From IMG/VR virus record IMGVR_UViG_3300028591_000134, positions 37,233 through 101,232 of that record: DNA of 64,000 bases; one strand, given 5' to 3'. Origin of the DNA: a virus (Duplodnaviria > Caudoviricetes). Position 1 is the stretch's first letter; each line of letters begins with the position of its first letter. The position numbers and the translations under genes were made by a program. Positions 13,658 through 24,303 of the stretch are shown piece by piece. The notes beneath the pieces are model-generated. The model was not told where the DNA came from, did not search any database, and saw only the letters and a program-made list of their open reading frames with translations.

Positions 13658-14460
13658 TAGTTCTTACTGGATAAGTTCATATCACTAAACAATTCCTCAA
13701 ACGTGTCTTGAGGATTGTCATTAACTTCTTCTGCGAATGAAATGATATTGTCAAAACTTATACAGCTGAAATTCTCAACAATAAAGTCTGTAAGAGGTTT
13801 AGTTTCCTCTTTATCATTCAACTTATCATTAAGAATCTCTTGAATCATTGATGGCTGAAGCTCATCAAACTCTCTCCAGTATCGTATACGAGAACATCTG
13901 TCAAACAGATATTCATTCACATCGTCTGTGTCATTACACGTACACACCACAAGCTTTTTACCCGTAGTATTAATACCATCGAGGATTTTCAGGAGATAGT
14001 CATCATCATAATCTTCTCCAAGTTTATCGACTTCGTCCATTACTACGCATACATCAGTATCACCCAGTCTATTGAACATGTCAACCAACCTAGATGGACT
14101 TACACTACTGTCAATTAATATAATAGGAAGATTGGACTCTAGAGCTATTTCTTTGGCCATTATTGTTTTACCAGAACCTTTAAGTCCGGAAAGCATTACA
14201 CCTGTTGTTCCATCTTCAGATTTGTTATAATGATTTAGCACTCGATTTATAAACTTAATATCATTCTCAGTTTTATAAACCTTTTCTGGCATTTGAAGAT
14301 CCGGAGCAAGCCTTAAATATACAGCGTCAGACCAACGTTCTGACTTTACTATATACACTTTTCCGTTCTCCAAATCATAATCCAAACCTTCAGTTGAAGA
14401 TTTAAAATGGACGTCTTCGCCCACCTTAATAAATTTTTTATTTTCCATGATTTTCTGCAA
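13657..14460 (-). CDS. AAA+ family ATPase
   Basis: Walker A GLKGSGKT, Walker B VVMDEVDK, sensor TCN, arginine finger DRCSR. Confidence 0.9.
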   Translation of the reverse strand: MQKIMENKKFIKVGEDVHFKSSTEGLDYDLENGKVYIVKSERWSDAVYLRLAPDLQMPEKVYKTENDIKFINRVLNHYNKSEDGTTGVMLSGLKGSGKTIMAKEIALESNLPIILIDSSVSPSRLVDMFNRLGDTDVCVVMDEVDKLGEDYDDDYLLKILDGINTTGKKLVVCTCNDTDDVNEYLFDRCSRIRYWREFDELQPSMIQEILNDKLNDKEETKPLTDFIVENFSCISFDNIISFAEEVNDNPQDTFEELFSDMNLSSKN

Positions 14461-14830
14461 TTAATGACTGAATCATTTCATCTACTTGCTTGTGATTTCT
14501 CACAAGAAATAGCTTTGTTTTCGCATGATGCCGTTTCAAGTAATACTTGAACAGCTTCCAACGAATTGGAAAGGAGTCTCCCATAAGACCTTTACATTCT
14601 ACTATAAAACCTCGTCCAACGAAGTCTGGTAGATATGTAATAGGTCTTACTTTTTCTCCCATCCACTCGAACTTTGGAATTAAAGTGAAATGCTTTGGCT
14701 CATATTTAACAGGTATCCCTGCCTTCATAAAAGCTTCATACGTATAGAGTTCGAGTTTACTACGAAAATGTAGTCCATACGCATCGACCTTCGTCGCATT
14801 TCTAACTTTACTTTTAGAGTTTGTCGGCAT
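14438..14830 (-). CDS. Endonuclease, DUF1064 / T7 endonuclease I-like (possible Holliday junction resolvase)
   Basis: FRSKLE...YEPKHF...TYLPDF...IVECKG motifs. Confidence 0.75.
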   Translation of the reverse strand: MPTNSKSKVRNATKVDAYGLHFRSKLELYTYEAFMKAGIPVKYEPKHFTLIPKFEWMGEKVRPITYLPDFVGRGFIVECKGLMGDSFPIRWKLFKYYLKRHHAKTKLFLVRNHKQVDEMIQSLIAENHGK

Positions 14831-14963
14831 ACTCCTCAAACAGCAATATCACTTGTTTTGGATACTCCTTATACTTTTTCAACATAAGTGCTGCAGTGGC
14901 ATATATACCTGTAAAGAAACCGATGCCGAAGAAACCTACGGCAACCAAAATATTAGCTATCAT
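14814..14963 (-). CDS. Small membrane protein (49 aa), not in the ORF track
   Basis: MIANILVAVGFFGIGFFTGIYATAALMLKK...; fills the gap between primase and nuclease. Confidence 0.5.
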   Translation of the reverse strand: MIANILVAVGFFGIGFFTGIYATAALMLKKYKEYPKQVILLFEEYADKL

Positions 14964-15933
14964 ATCTTTCTACTGTTTTAGTTAACCAATCCTTCACGAC
15001 AAAGAACCCGTTATCACGAACAGCATCGGATATGTCCTTTGCCTTGAACTTTTTATGAACAAAAAATGCATCAAATTTGTATTGTCTACTATATTGCCGA
15101 GCATTTAACATACCAGTCCTATCTCTGTCATATAGTATAACTATATGTTTCCACTTACTTCGTAAGCTTTGTAGTATGTCTTCTGGTATAAATGTTGTTT
15201 CACTTGAAGCTGCTATAGCATGATATCCCATCTCATATAGGCACATTACGTCTTTTAAAGATTTCGTAATGATGAGAAGATTTCCACCCTCCTGTGGTAA
15301 CTCAGCAAGCCCCTGAACGTGCCGATTTGTCAGATTGGTACGCCATTTAGTATACTTAGAGGTTAGAGGTCTATAGATTTTAAATTTATCAAAGACCTTA
15401 TACGCATACATAGGACTTGTTTCTTTGTAGGTACCTCTGACGACACTATTACAAAGAAAATATTTAATGCTAAAGACATTGAAATGCTTCAATGTGTCAA
15501 CGGAAATGTGGAATTGCTTCCAGTATCTCTTATCAACCTCTGTAAACGGTTGTCGAACTATTCCGATATCTGTTGGCCCTGAACCCACCGTTTTCACGTG
15601 TGTTGGTTTAACCTCACCGAGCATTGGGTTCATTTTTCGGACGATGCGCAACAGTTCTCGTTCAAGTTGTTCTCTTGTATCGACTCCCTTATACAATTTT
15701 ATGAATTTGAGAGCATTTCCCGCTATACCAGTGCCGTGGTCTTTAAACAATAAATCCCCAGTTTTACTAGGGAATATTGCAAAAGATGGTACCTTATCAT
15801 CTGGCCTTAAAGGGCTATTTAATAATTTACCTAGCTTGAATGTTCCAATATAATACGAATAGATGTCATAATCTGTTACTTTCTCCAATAAGTCTTTGAG
15901 ACTCATTGTAATTGCTGTTTTTGTACTATACAT
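14953..15933 (-). CDS. DNA primase (crAss-type, TOPRIM domain)
   Basis: SPLRPDDKVPSF..FKDHGTG, LIITKSLKDVMCL, LYDRD.TG, KDISD motifs. Confidence 0.88.
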   Translation of the reverse strand: MYSTKTAITMSLKDLLEKVTDYDIYSYYIGTFKLGKLLNSPLRPDDKVPSFAIFPSKTGDLLFKDHGTGIAGNALKFIKLYKGVDTREQLERELLRIVRKMNPMLGEVKPTHVKTVGSGPTDIGIVRQPFTEVDKRYWKQFHISVDTLKHFNVFSIKYFLCNSVVRGTYKETSPMYAYKVFDKFKIYRPLTSKYTKWRTNLTNRHVQGLAELPQEGGNLLIITKSLKDVMCLYEMGYHAIAASSETTFIPEDILQSLRSKWKHIVILYDRDRTGMLNARQYSRQYKFDAFFVHKKFKAKDISDAVRDNGFFVVKDWLTKTVERYDS

Positions 15934-15959
15934 GACATCAAAGTACTTTAATAGTATTG

Positions 15960-16043
15960 TGAATGTGGTAGGATTCGAACCTACGCATTACAGCTTGTGA
16001 TGTTATCTACGGCCGTTACTCTGTCCAACTGAGCTACACATTC
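15960..16043 (-). ncRNA. tRNA-like RNA with a 17-nt loop in place of the anticodon loop
   Basis: Acceptor GAATGTG/CACATTC, D-arm GCTC/GAGT, T-arm GTAGG-TTCGAAT-CCTAC; stem ACGGC/GCTGT encloses CGTAGATAACATCACAA. Confidence 0.75.
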
Positions 16044-16229
16044 AATTGAGAGAGATTTGCTCGCTATTCTACGATCACCCGTAGTTAGTGTTCCTTATAT
16101 TGGCACTCTCTCATTGCAAGTTATTCTTACCTTGCGCCCCTCTTCGTGCGGTGAGTCCGCCAAGAGATGTTACTATTCTATTTACCATTACTCTGCACTT
16201 CATGGTTTTCTCACTTCAAGTAACCGTTG

Positions 16230-16295
16230 TAGCGTGCGGGAGATTCGAACTCCTAACTTCTCTTGCGAGATGTGTTACCATTACACCACGACGCT
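16230..16295 (-). ncRNA. tRNA-like RNA whose anticodon loop is a GNRA tetraloop
   Basis: AGCGT/ACGCT acceptor, GGTGTAATGGTAACAC D-arm, TCTC-GCAA-GAGA, GGAG-TTCGAAT-CTCC. Confidence 0.75.
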
Positions 16296-16429
16296 CCAGG
16301 GGTCAATTAGACCCTCCACCACTGACCTTTTCCTACGGTAGTCAGCACCATCTTGTTTGACCATTTATAATTTCACCTAAAATTCTTGCGGCTTCGTGTG
16401 GTTTACACACAAACGGCCGAAATTCTAGA

Positions 16430-17029
16430 TTAAAAGGGCAGGTCGTCAGCACCTGTAGAGTCTGCAGTCACCGGAGCACTGTTACCAGTGAGCGGGTCGT
16501 TAGGCTTCTCTTCATCAGCCTTCACGGGACGCTCCAGAAGATCGTTCTTCCAAAGCTTAATCTGCGACTCTTCTTTTGCAACTTCCATAGATTCAACGAA
16601 AATACCGTTCTTAGATACCTGAGTATAACCCTTCTTATCATAAGTTACCTTAAGACGTAAAGGACTATTATCACCATCATTAAGACACATCTTAGCCCAA
16701 GTGATCATTTCGATAAATGAAGAACCTTCAAAATCGTTATGACCACCCTTAACTGCATCAATGACCTGCAGAATACGACCGAACTGCTGATTATCACGAC
16801 GCTGTAAATCCTCGTCGGTAGTAATCCACATATTCTTCTCGTTCTTCCACTCAGTCATAGTTGCCGTCTGGCCTTGTTTATTCTCAAAGATAATCTCTAA
16901 GAAATCACGACCCTGAGGTGTCTTATTTACGTTTACCTCTTTCAAGGTAATATTCTCGTTGATGCCTACAGGCATATATGAGGAGGTAAACTCCTCGTTA
17001 CTTGTTGTTGCTGTTTTTGTACTATACAT
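16430..17029 (-). CDS. Probable single-stranded DNA-binding protein
   Basis: In the replication cluster; flexible acidic tail ending DDLPF. Confidence 0.7.
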   Translation of the reverse strand: MYSTKTATTSNEEFTSSYMPVGINENITLKEVNVNKTPQGRDFLEIIFENKQGQTATMTEWKNEKNMWITTDEDLQRRDNQQFGRILQVIDAVKGGHNDFEGSSFIEMITWAKMCLNDGDNSPLRLKVTYDKKGYTQVSKNGIFVESMEVAKEESQIKLWKNDLLERPVKADEEKPNDPLTGNSAPVTADSTGADDLPF

Positions 17030-17227
17030 AATTTTCCTTCTGACTTTATAGTTCTTAATTATAAATTAAATTTTAATGTCTATTCCTATGTAATATTCCA
17101 TTTGAACCTTTGTAATAATTTGTACTAGGACCGTTATAACGTTCAATTGGTTTATTATTAACTCCAAATACTTCATCAAAATATTCTCTATCGTCGTTAT
17201 TCATATCTATTAAAATTTAATTTACAA

Positions 17228-17971
17228 TTATTCAGATTTATAGATTTTATTCCAATAGGTCGTTATGCTTCCGTCTTCATTTCCAGTGGCAATAACGACA
17301 TCGCGTCCCGCAATATGACGGGCTCTGGCTTCCATAATAGTACCGTCGCCCCCAGATTTAAATGATATGTGGGTCTCATTATCCTTTCGGTAAACGTATC
17401 CAACGGCATCTGCCATTCCACATACAATTTTTCCGAGTTTGCCGACGAGATCGATTTCTTTGGCATTGACCTCTTCGCCGTCTTTATCGGTGATACTATC
17501 TTTGACATGTCCTACTAAAATAAATTCATCACATAGGTCTTTGAACATATCAATGACCTTTTTTACAGCATCTCTTAAGTACTTATATCCTGCTCCGCGT
17601 GCAAGAGTGGTGACATCATCACCCTTCCAATTCTTGCCAAGCTCAGTTTTTCTGTATAAAGTACATGCGTACGACATACAAATATCCTCAAGCCTGGTAG
17701 CATTATCTATAGTGATGCGACGATAAAAGTGTTTTCCTACTTCTTCATTCTTGGCACGTATGGCACTTGCAATTTCTCCTAAATCATTAATCGTTCGAGC
17801 TTGTATAGCAAGAGCATCAATGAAGTTTGTACCTCCCTCAAGGTCAATTATCAAATTGTTTGGTAACTGAGCAAGACAAGAGGTCTTACCTGATTTAGGC
17901 AGGCCATACAATATTAAGTATTGTGGGTCTGTTGAAACTGCAGGAACTGGTTTTGTAGGTAATGTAAGCAT
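17228..17971 (-). CDS. AAA_24 / Sak4-like ATPase (single-strand annealing)
   Basis: LYGLPKSGKT, IIDLEGG, ITIDN, ILVGH; adjacent to SSB. Confidence 0.85.
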   Translation of the reverse strand: MLTLPTKPVPAVSTDPQYLILYGLPKSGKTSCLAQLPNNLIIDLEGGTNFIDALAIQARTINDLGEIASAIRAKNEEVGKHFYRRITIDNATRLEDICMSYACTLYRKTELGKNWKGDDVTTLARGAGYKYLRDAVKKVIDMFKDLCDEFILVGHVKDSITDKDGEEVNAKEIDLVGKLGKIVCGMADAVGYVYRKDNETHISFKSGGDGTIMEARARHIAGRDVVIATGNEDGSITTYWNKIYKSE

Positions 17972-17974
17972 ATA

Positions 17975-18409
17975 TTATCCTTTAATAGTAATAAACAGAT
18001 TGATGATAATCTTCTTCGTTGTCTTAGGAAGACGATTGTAATAGCTAATATCCTCGAGCATATAAAGCGGAATCAACGTGCTACCGATCTGAATCTCATC
18101 CTCAAAGAATGTGATGTCATTGTTGTCAATCTTGTAAATACTCTTCTTGGGAGTATAGTTAGCAAGGAACTTAGCAGCCTTAGTGAACTCGTCATCGAAG
18201 TCACCCTTCAGAATGCTGCTGGTACGATTAGGAATAATGATGTGGTCATCTTTCTTCTCTGTATCGCGAAGATAACTGAGATAAGGATTTGCCTTAATCA
18301 GATTAGAAAGAATAAGGTCATCAAGACTCTTAGAAGGGTTGGTGTTACGAAAGGTATAGTTACCAGTGTTCTTCTCGCTATTGTTAATCTTAATCGTGTA
18401 GTGTTTCAT
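17975..18409 (-). CDS. Hypothetical protein
   Basis: 144-aa ORF in operon context. Confidence 0.7.
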   Translation of the reverse strand: MKHYTIKINNSEKNTGNYTFRNTNPSKSLDDLILSNLIKANPYLSYLRDTEKKDDHIIIPNRTSSILKGDFDDEFTKAAKFLANYTPKKSIYKIDNNDITFFEDEIQIGSTLIPLYMLEDISYYNRLPKTTKKIIINLFITIKG

Positions 18410-18445
18410 ATTTTCAGCCTAATTTTTAAATGAATACTTGTCAGA

Positions 18446-19369
18446 TTAGCATTCAATCAAGTTATTGTATTGCAGGTCATTCTCGAATTCTAATATACAC
18501 GGCTTACCTGCGTCTCTATTTTTAAGCAGGTGCATGTATACTTTGTTTGCTGTAGGTAGACGATTTGGACCATACTCCACAATGTTTAATATCTCTGGAC
18601 GATGTAGTACAAAAACATAATCACTTGCTTGAAACATTGCGTCTGACGATGATAAATCACTCCTCATGGGATAATGACTCATGGGGTTGTTTATCCTTTC
18701 CGGCTTCTCTATTTCGCGATTCATCTGAGCTATTTGAATTATACTCGTTAGAGGTAATTTCTTACATCTAATAAATACTTTTTCAAGTTCGCTGGTCGTC
18801 TCAATAACACTGCCTATTTGTTTTGTTAACAGAGTATGATCGAACGTAATTACGAAATGCTTACCAGTACCTTTTACATACTGGTCATAGAAGCTTCTTA
18901 TAGCTTGTTCTATTTGCATAGGAGTACCAGGGTCATCTATAAAATAGATTGGGTATTCCTTTAGCTGGTTTGATACTGCGATGACTCTTCTGAAGGTCTC
19001 GTCATCCAGGTCCGTTTCCGAACTATACAGGGTAGAAGTCGTTTTTCTTAGCTTACTTGAAAGCGTTCTTCCAACCTGCCTAAATCCAACCATTTCTAAC
19101 GAAAAATTAAGAACAACTATATCTTGGTCAGGATTGAGGTCTATGATATCAGTAGTTAGTGTATTACACAGACTGGATTTGCCTGAGCCACTTATTCCAG
19201 CGAATGTGTAGATAGTATTTGGTTCAATACCTCCCATGCATTGCTTATTTAGTTTCTCCCATCTAGTCTTCAGCGAGACGATATTGTGGTTTCGTCTTCC
19301 TTCTATGTAGTTTATAGCTTCTTGAGCTACAACTGACATTGGCCGAATATTAAATGAGTTCTGTTCCAT
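18446..19369 (-). CDS. DnaB-like replicative helicase (C-terminal ATPase domain)
   Basis: AGISGSGKS, FSLEM, ITFDH, AQMNR, SDL...Q.SD, LKNR motifs. Confidence 0.92.
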   Translation of the reverse strand: MEQNSFNIRPMSVVAQEAINYIEGRRNHNIVSLKTRWEKLNKQCMGGIEPNTIYTFAGISGSGKSSLCNTLTTDIIDLNPDQDIVVLNFSLEMVGFRQVGRTLSSKLRKTTSTLYSSETDLDDETFRRVIAVSNQLKEYPIYFIDDPGTPMQIEQAIRSFYDQYVKGTGKHFVITFDHTLLTKQIGSVIETTSELEKVFIRCKKLPLTSIIQIAQMNREIEKPERINNPMSHYPMRSDLSSSDAMFQASDYVFVLHRPEILNIVEYGPNRLPTANKVYMHLLKNRDAGKPCILEFENDLQYNNLIEC

Positions 19370-19919
19370 AATAAGTGTTTGTTGGGACTTCTACATTATT
19401 CATCTCCTCTTCAGACTCTTCCCATTGATGATCGACTAACCAACGCCACATAGTCTTCATATAGCTAAGCTTTCCTTCTTTCATCTTTTTTGAGATTTCG
19501 AAGTCTAAACATTTTATAATATGTTCTGCCATAGCTGTACTATTACCACATATATTGTTGAATAAATGTCGACACTTATTGACATTTGCCCTGAGATAGG
19601 CTTTAGATCCATCAGGGCGTAGTACATATACTGGGTATCTCTCATAAAACACATCAAAATAACTTTTTGACGGTGTCATAAAGTCTTTAAGCTTTTGAGT
19701 TGCTTCATAAGTGATAAAGTCACCTCTCTCTATCGAGGTGATAAGGTCTTTCTGAACTAAGTATGATATTTCGTCGTCACTGATAAGGCTGACTAATCGA
19801 TTGACGTCTTGATTCTTGGTATTTTGATTCTTATCTAATACCATACTTAGGAATACTAACTGATTCATATTGAGTGCTTCTGGGAGTTCCAGAAGCTTGG
19901 TATCTAATTCAATAATCAT
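19350..19919 (-). CDS. Hypothetical replication-associated protein (possible helicase loader/initiator)
   Basis: Between PolB and helicase; FYERYP and YMKTMWRWL..HQWE resemble phage replisome-organiser C-termini. Confidence 0.55.
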   Translation of the reverse strand: MIIELDTKLLELPEALNMNQLVFLSMVLDKNQNTKNQDVNRLVSLISDDEISYLVQKDLITSIERGDFITYEATQKLKDFMTPSKSYFDVFYERYPVYVLRPDGSKAYLRANVNKCRHLFNNICGNSTAMAEHIIKCLDFEISKKMKEGKLSYMKTMWRWLVDHQWEESEEEMNNVEVPTNTYYGTELI

Positions 19920-19947
19920 CTCTTATATACTCTGATAAACAAGCTGG

Positions 19948-21834
19948 TTACGAAAATAATTCTAATTGTATTTCAGTGAAGTTAACGATAACCTTATTAG
20001 CTTCACTGATATAGTATCGGTAGTTAATCTTTCGATTTTCTACGTTAGTATCATCAAGAGTATTCAGGATAGTAACTCCTGAATCCTTGAGCATGTGTTC
20101 TAGATCATTCTTTGATGTACCTTTGTAGATATATGGTCCGTTGATGCTTGCGTAATATCTATTTATACGCTGTACTTGAGTTTCTCCCCAAAATACCTTA
20201 AACTTTTTATCTACTCTCTGATACATCAAGAAATCTCTTATGTCAGTCTGACGTTTTATAAAGTCTGCAACTGGTTCTTTTGTGAGAAAATAGTTTATAA
20301 CAGCCTTAGGAATGATAACTGGCGCCATACCTTTCCCAAGTCGGTTTTCTGTTATAAACATACCTTTTTTCTCTATCAGTTTTGGGTCATGAGATTCTGA
20401 CCACCCTTCTTTGACACCAAAATAGTCATTGACTGCGTACTGATAAAACGCTTCATAGCGATCCTCTTCAAAAAACAAGTGTGTAATGTCTTCAACCTCT
20501 TTGATAGCCTCTCCAATAGCCTCAGAAAGGTCCTTTTTAGCCACGTACATCACGCCATCTGTATTCACCTGAATAATCTCACATCCAAGTGAAACAAGTC
20601 GATCTGTGAGCATTAGAAGTACTAATTGCCCATTTATTCTAATCTTAAAGACTGAGAATGGATCGTACATCCAGCTTGTTTCTTGTTGCATTTTTCCTGT
20701 GACAGAGTTAAGAGTTAATTTTAGAGCCTCACTCTTAAGCTTCTCACCGCTATGTTTGGCTTTAACTCGCTGCTCATATAAGCTAACGTAAACCCGCCAA
20801 AATTCTTCTCCTAAATGACGCGGAACCCATTTGTATTTGACAATAAAGCTCGGATACATACTCGTAACATCCGCATGTCCAATGAATTCATTCTCCTTAG
20901 GAACGTAGATCCGTGGCGTATTAATGGAGTGTATACCTCCTACACCTACAGATAGCGTTGTATTTGAGAGCACAAACCGCTTCTCATAGCCTTTGCGTTC
21001 TTTTGAATAGACTACTTGCTCCTTCATCTCTTCAAGAACGGCTTGTAATTTTGGATTTTTATAATGTATTGTTGGAAGAATCACATCTTTTAACGGAATG
21101 TAATCCATTGGAGAACGCATTGTTTCTAGTTGTTTCTTGCTTATACCTGTAAGCTCACAATATTTTTGTGCTAACAGTGTTTCTCCAAATTTAACGCTAT
21201 CCATAGAATAAGCGTTAATTCCGTATTCTTCTTCTATAAACTTTCTTAAAGCAATATCTTTAGATAGCTTATTCAGAAGTTCAGTTGTAGAGTCTACATC
21301 GTTGACGTTATACTCTATCATACTGTCGATTTCGTCCTCTGGTAATGGACTATCGAAGTCGCCTTCGTATTCTCGTACATTATGATAGTGCATAGTTACC
21401 TGCATTTCTTTGAGACCCACTCGTAGTTTGCTACTGAACTGCAGGGTTAGTAAATCCATAGATTCAAAATAATTTGCATACTTCCATCTTTTGAATTTAC
21501 TGGTATCCCCTTCTTCTGCTGTCACTATTGTATTAGAGAGATTAAATAATGATTGACATATTCGAGCATAATACAACTGTTCTAGTTTATAATAAAAATC
21601 GACGATATAGTTTATCACCACATCGTCGTAATGTTTGTTATTATAACCACAAAACATTCGTTGCCCATTGTTTTCATAATAGAAGAAATCTACTAATTCT
21701 TTTAGTTGATTCTTTCTTTTAGAAATCTCAAACTTGTACAATTCATTTGTTTCAGTATCTCTACAACAACAATGAAAACAGTTCGGAAATATCTCAATGT
21801 CGTATACTACGACAGATTGATTGTGTATTACCAT
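19948..21834 (-). CDS. DNA polymerase family B
   Basis: Exonuclease motifs YDIE, GYN..HYD, YNVND; polymerase motifs DVTSMYPS, KLTLNSVTGK, NTDG. Confidence 0.93.
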   Translation of the reverse strand: MVIHNQSVVVYDIEIFPNCFHCCCRDTETNELYKFEISKRKNQLKELVDFFYYENNGQRMFCGYNNKHYDDVVINYIVDFYYKLEQLYYARICQSLFNLSNTIVTAEEGDTSKFKRWKYANYFESMDLLTLQFSSKLRVGLKEMQVTMHYHNVREYEGDFDSPLPEDEIDSMIEYNVNDVDSTTELLNKLSKDIALRKFIEEEYGINAYSMDSVKFGETLLAQKYCELTGISKKQLETMRSPMDYIPLKDVILPTIHYKNPKLQAVLEEMKEQVVYSKERKGYEKRFVLSNTTLSVGVGGIHSINTPRIYVPKENEFIGHADVTSMYPSFIVKYKWVPRHLGEEFWRVYVSLYEQRVKAKHSGEKLKSEALKLTLNSVTGKMQQETSWMYDPFSVFKIRINGQLVLLMLTDRLVSLGCEIIQVNTDGVMYVAKKDLSEAIGEAIKEVEDITHLFFEEDRYEAFYQYAVNDYFGVKEGWSESHDPKLIEKKGMFITENRLGKGMAPVIIPKAVINYFLTKEPVADFIKRQTDIRDFLMYQRVDKKFKVFWGETQVQRINRYYASINGPYIYKGTSKNDLEHMLKDSGVTILNTLDDTNVENRKINYRYYISEANKVIVNFTEIQLELFS

Positions 21835-21862
21835 ATGATACAAAGATACGTTGGTTCAATTG

Positions 21863-21937
21863 TTGCGGGGGCGGGAGTCGAACCCGCGTAGAATTGCTTA
21901 TGAGACAATGCTGGACCCACCTCCAGTCTACCCCGCG
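21863..21937 (-). tRNA. tRNA-Met(CAU), initiator-like C1:A72 mismatch
   Basis: CGCGGGG/CCCCGCA, ATTGT-CTCATAA-GCAAT, GCGGG-TTCGACT-CCCGC; atypical D arm. Confidence 0.8.
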
Positions 21938-22037
21938 ATAAAACTGCAGAACGACGAAACTGCACAGCGAAAAAAAGATGTTAAACATTCGCCTTAACTG
22001 GGTTATATTACGCGCCAAACCCCGTCGTTTTTAATAT

Positions 22038-22829
22038 CTAATTCGTCTTGCAAGACGCTAATAACTTTCCATACTTATTATAGACTTTGACTTCAATACA
22101 ATCTTTGTCTTTTATCGTCTTTGCACGACTACGTAATATGTCTTTTATAACATTCAATTGCGTAAATTGTGTCTTTCCCGCGAAAGGATAACCGATGACA
22201 ACAGGATCTCCTTCTTTTTCATACATGACTTGACCGTCGGGTCCCTCATATACGAGAAAAACCCTATAGAAGGGTTCTCTTATGCTAACTTTCCCGTATG
22301 CTCTGCTGAGAAAGTTTCGTACATATTCGCGGTGTATGTACTGTTGTGTTTTATGCTGTATTTCCAGTGCCTTTGGAAAGAGATCTTCTGCTAGCTCTCT
22401 TTCCGTAGGTCCTGGGTTTTTCTTTTCGAATTTTTGCATCTTATGCTCTTCATAAGCATGCATTAGTGCTGCAAATCCCAATCGCTTGGGCTTATTTTGA
22501 GCGGTCATCTCAGCTATTTGGGCTCGCGTGAGACGTATCTGATACTTTATTCGAGGAGGAGCCTTACGGGCTATGGTTTGCGAGGCAATAGGGACTATTT
22601 TATTCTTTTGGATGCTAGATTTTATTAAATTCATATTCCTCGTATCGCTGTCATAATGCAACATAAATTGAGCATTAAATGCGCGACATAGTTCCCTTAG
22701 AGGCATCCTATGTAGCATACTAACGAACTTTATGCCTCTCTTGGTTGTAAGAAATTTATCTATTTTTTTGATAATTTCCTCTTCTTTCTGTATCTTGTTC
22801 AGTCTATATTTGATATCTTTCTGTTTCAT
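22038..22829 (-). CDS. Basic hypothetical protein (ends in TAG)
   Basis: 263-aa ORF. Confidence 0.7.
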   Translation of the reverse strand: MKQKDIKYRLNKIQKEEEIIKKIDKFLTTKRGIKFVSMLHRMPLRELCRAFNAQFMLHYDSDTRNMNLIKSSIQKNKIVPIASQTIARKAPPRIKYQIRLTRAQIAEMTAQNKPKRLGFAALMHAYEEHKMQKFEKKNPGPTERELAEDLFPKALEIQHKTQQYIHREYVRNFLSRAYGKVSIREPFYRVFLVYEGPDGQVMYEKEGDPVVIGYPFAGKTQFTQLNVIKDILRSRAKTIKDKDCIEVKVYNKYGKLLASCKTN

Positions 22830-22923
22830 ATTGATTATGCTTTAGGTTAAACATGTTAACTTGTGGATATAACAGGCCTCGATCCTGTCAAGCGCGCCAA
22901 CACCGCGTAATCCTATCTGATAC

Positions 22924-23478
22924 TTATGCAGCAATAAGGTCTTTAATGTCGTTGTCAATCTCAGTATCGAAATCAATTGACGTGTCACTGTTGTATGCCT
23001 CGATACGAGCGTCATACTTATTTATATTGAGCTGAATATCGTTCATCAGCTGAGTAATCTTAGCGGAAGTAAATATCTCACGCTTACCAGTGCCTTTGAC
23101 ACCCTTACGAGCCTTCTCCTTGGGGTCAATCGTCTTCTTGATAATCTCCTTCCAATGAGCAATCTTCTCCTTCTCCTCGCATGCTGCAAAGATTGTATAA
23201 TAGTGCTTCTGTTTCTCATCCTCATAATTAAACGAGGTGATACCGTTGTTGATGGCATTCAACATCAACTTAAGCTTAATGCGAGTCTCAGACATCTGTG
23301 TAATCTTGTTGTAAAGCTCTTTAAGGTCTAAGCCAGAGCCCATACCAGCCTTCACAGCCTTGTTAGACATCACATTTTCAAGCTTGATAATATGCCAATA
23401 CTTAGTAATAGTCTCATCAAGCTTCTTACGAGCGATAATAATATCTTTGGAATTCATCTTTGTCGTCTTCTTTGTCAT
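22924..23478 (-). CDS. Hypothetical helical protein
   Basis: 184-aa ORF with strong codon bias. Confidence 0.75.
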   Translation of the reverse strand: MTKKTTKMNSKDIIIARKKLDETITKYWHIIKLENVMSNKAVKAGMGSGLDLKELYNKITQMSETRIKLKLMLNAINNGITSFNYEDEKQKHYYTIFAACEEKEKIAHWKEIIKKTIDPKEKARKGVKGTGKREIFTSAKITQLMNDIQLNINKYDARIEAYNSDTSIDFDTEIDNDIKDLIAA

Positions 23479-23540
23479 AATATATATTGATTTAATTAAA
23501 CTTATTGATAACTTAGAAGAATTCGAGCTCGTCTACCTAG

Positions 23541-23611
23541 TTGGGATACCCCGATTCGAACGAGGGACAACAGCTCCAAAAACTGTTGTGTTACCACTAC
23601 ACCATATCCCA
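23541..23611 (-). tRNA. tRNA-Gln(UUG)
   Basis: TGGGATA/TATCCCA, ACAGT-TTTTGGA-GCTGT, CCTCG-TTCGAAT-CGGGG. Confidence 0.92.
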
Positions 23612-23730
23612 ATATTACCGGCTTGCCGTAAGTAGGTATAACCTCTTACGTTAATGCAAGCCAGTTGTTGTTTATGTTTATACTCCTTCCGAATAGATTC
23701 GTTGGTAGTAATCAGTAGCACTTGCTCTGA

Positions 23731-24300
23731 TTACACGTTGTCAAACGTATATCCGTCAAATTTTACTCGAAGATGGAGTAGTACATTTCCTACACTATCT
23801 CGGACGGGGATGTATCCCTTGTCCTCAACTACTACTTTGATATTCTTACGAACATCATCGTTATGAACGTTCTCAACTTTGCTAGTCCACGGTGTTGCAG
23901 TAGAACTCAGTCTACTACTTGCTGCGTAGCGTGCTACATCAAAGAGACGATCGATAATTTCGTTGTATTTCCTATCAAGAACCGCACTTGCGATAATTTC
24001 TTGAGACAGTCCTTTAAGGACTGTATTTCGGTTCATATTATCCGTCATTCCAACCAACGCCTTGAATGTATTAAATGCAAAGTCTTTGAAGCTGATGGTT
24101 TTCTCAAGACCAAACAAACGATTCCACCACCTGAAGCTCCTCTTGCCCAGCACGAGAGAGCCGTCTTCGTTAATATACGAATTTTTATAGGTTTCACCTT
24201 TGTCTATGTCTACGAGTACAGATTCAGCAATTTTAGAATCGCTAAGTAGGATTTGCATCAGCTGAACGTGATCTTTATCTACGATAGCCGAATTCATCAC
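23731..24300 (-). CDS. Hypothetical protein, in frame with the upstream gene across TAG-TAG
   Basis: 189-aa ORF. Confidence 0.75.
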   Translation of the reverse strand: MMNSAIVDKDHVQLMQILLSDSKIAESVLVDIDKGETYKNSYINEDGSLVLGKRSFRWWNRLFGLEKTISFKDFAFNTFKALVGMTDNMNRNTVLKGLSQEIIASAVLDRKYNEIIDRLFDVARYAASSRLSSTATPWTSKVENVHNDDVRKNIKVVVEDKGYIPVRDSVGNVLLHLRVKFDGYTFDNV

Positions 24301-24303
24301 CTA

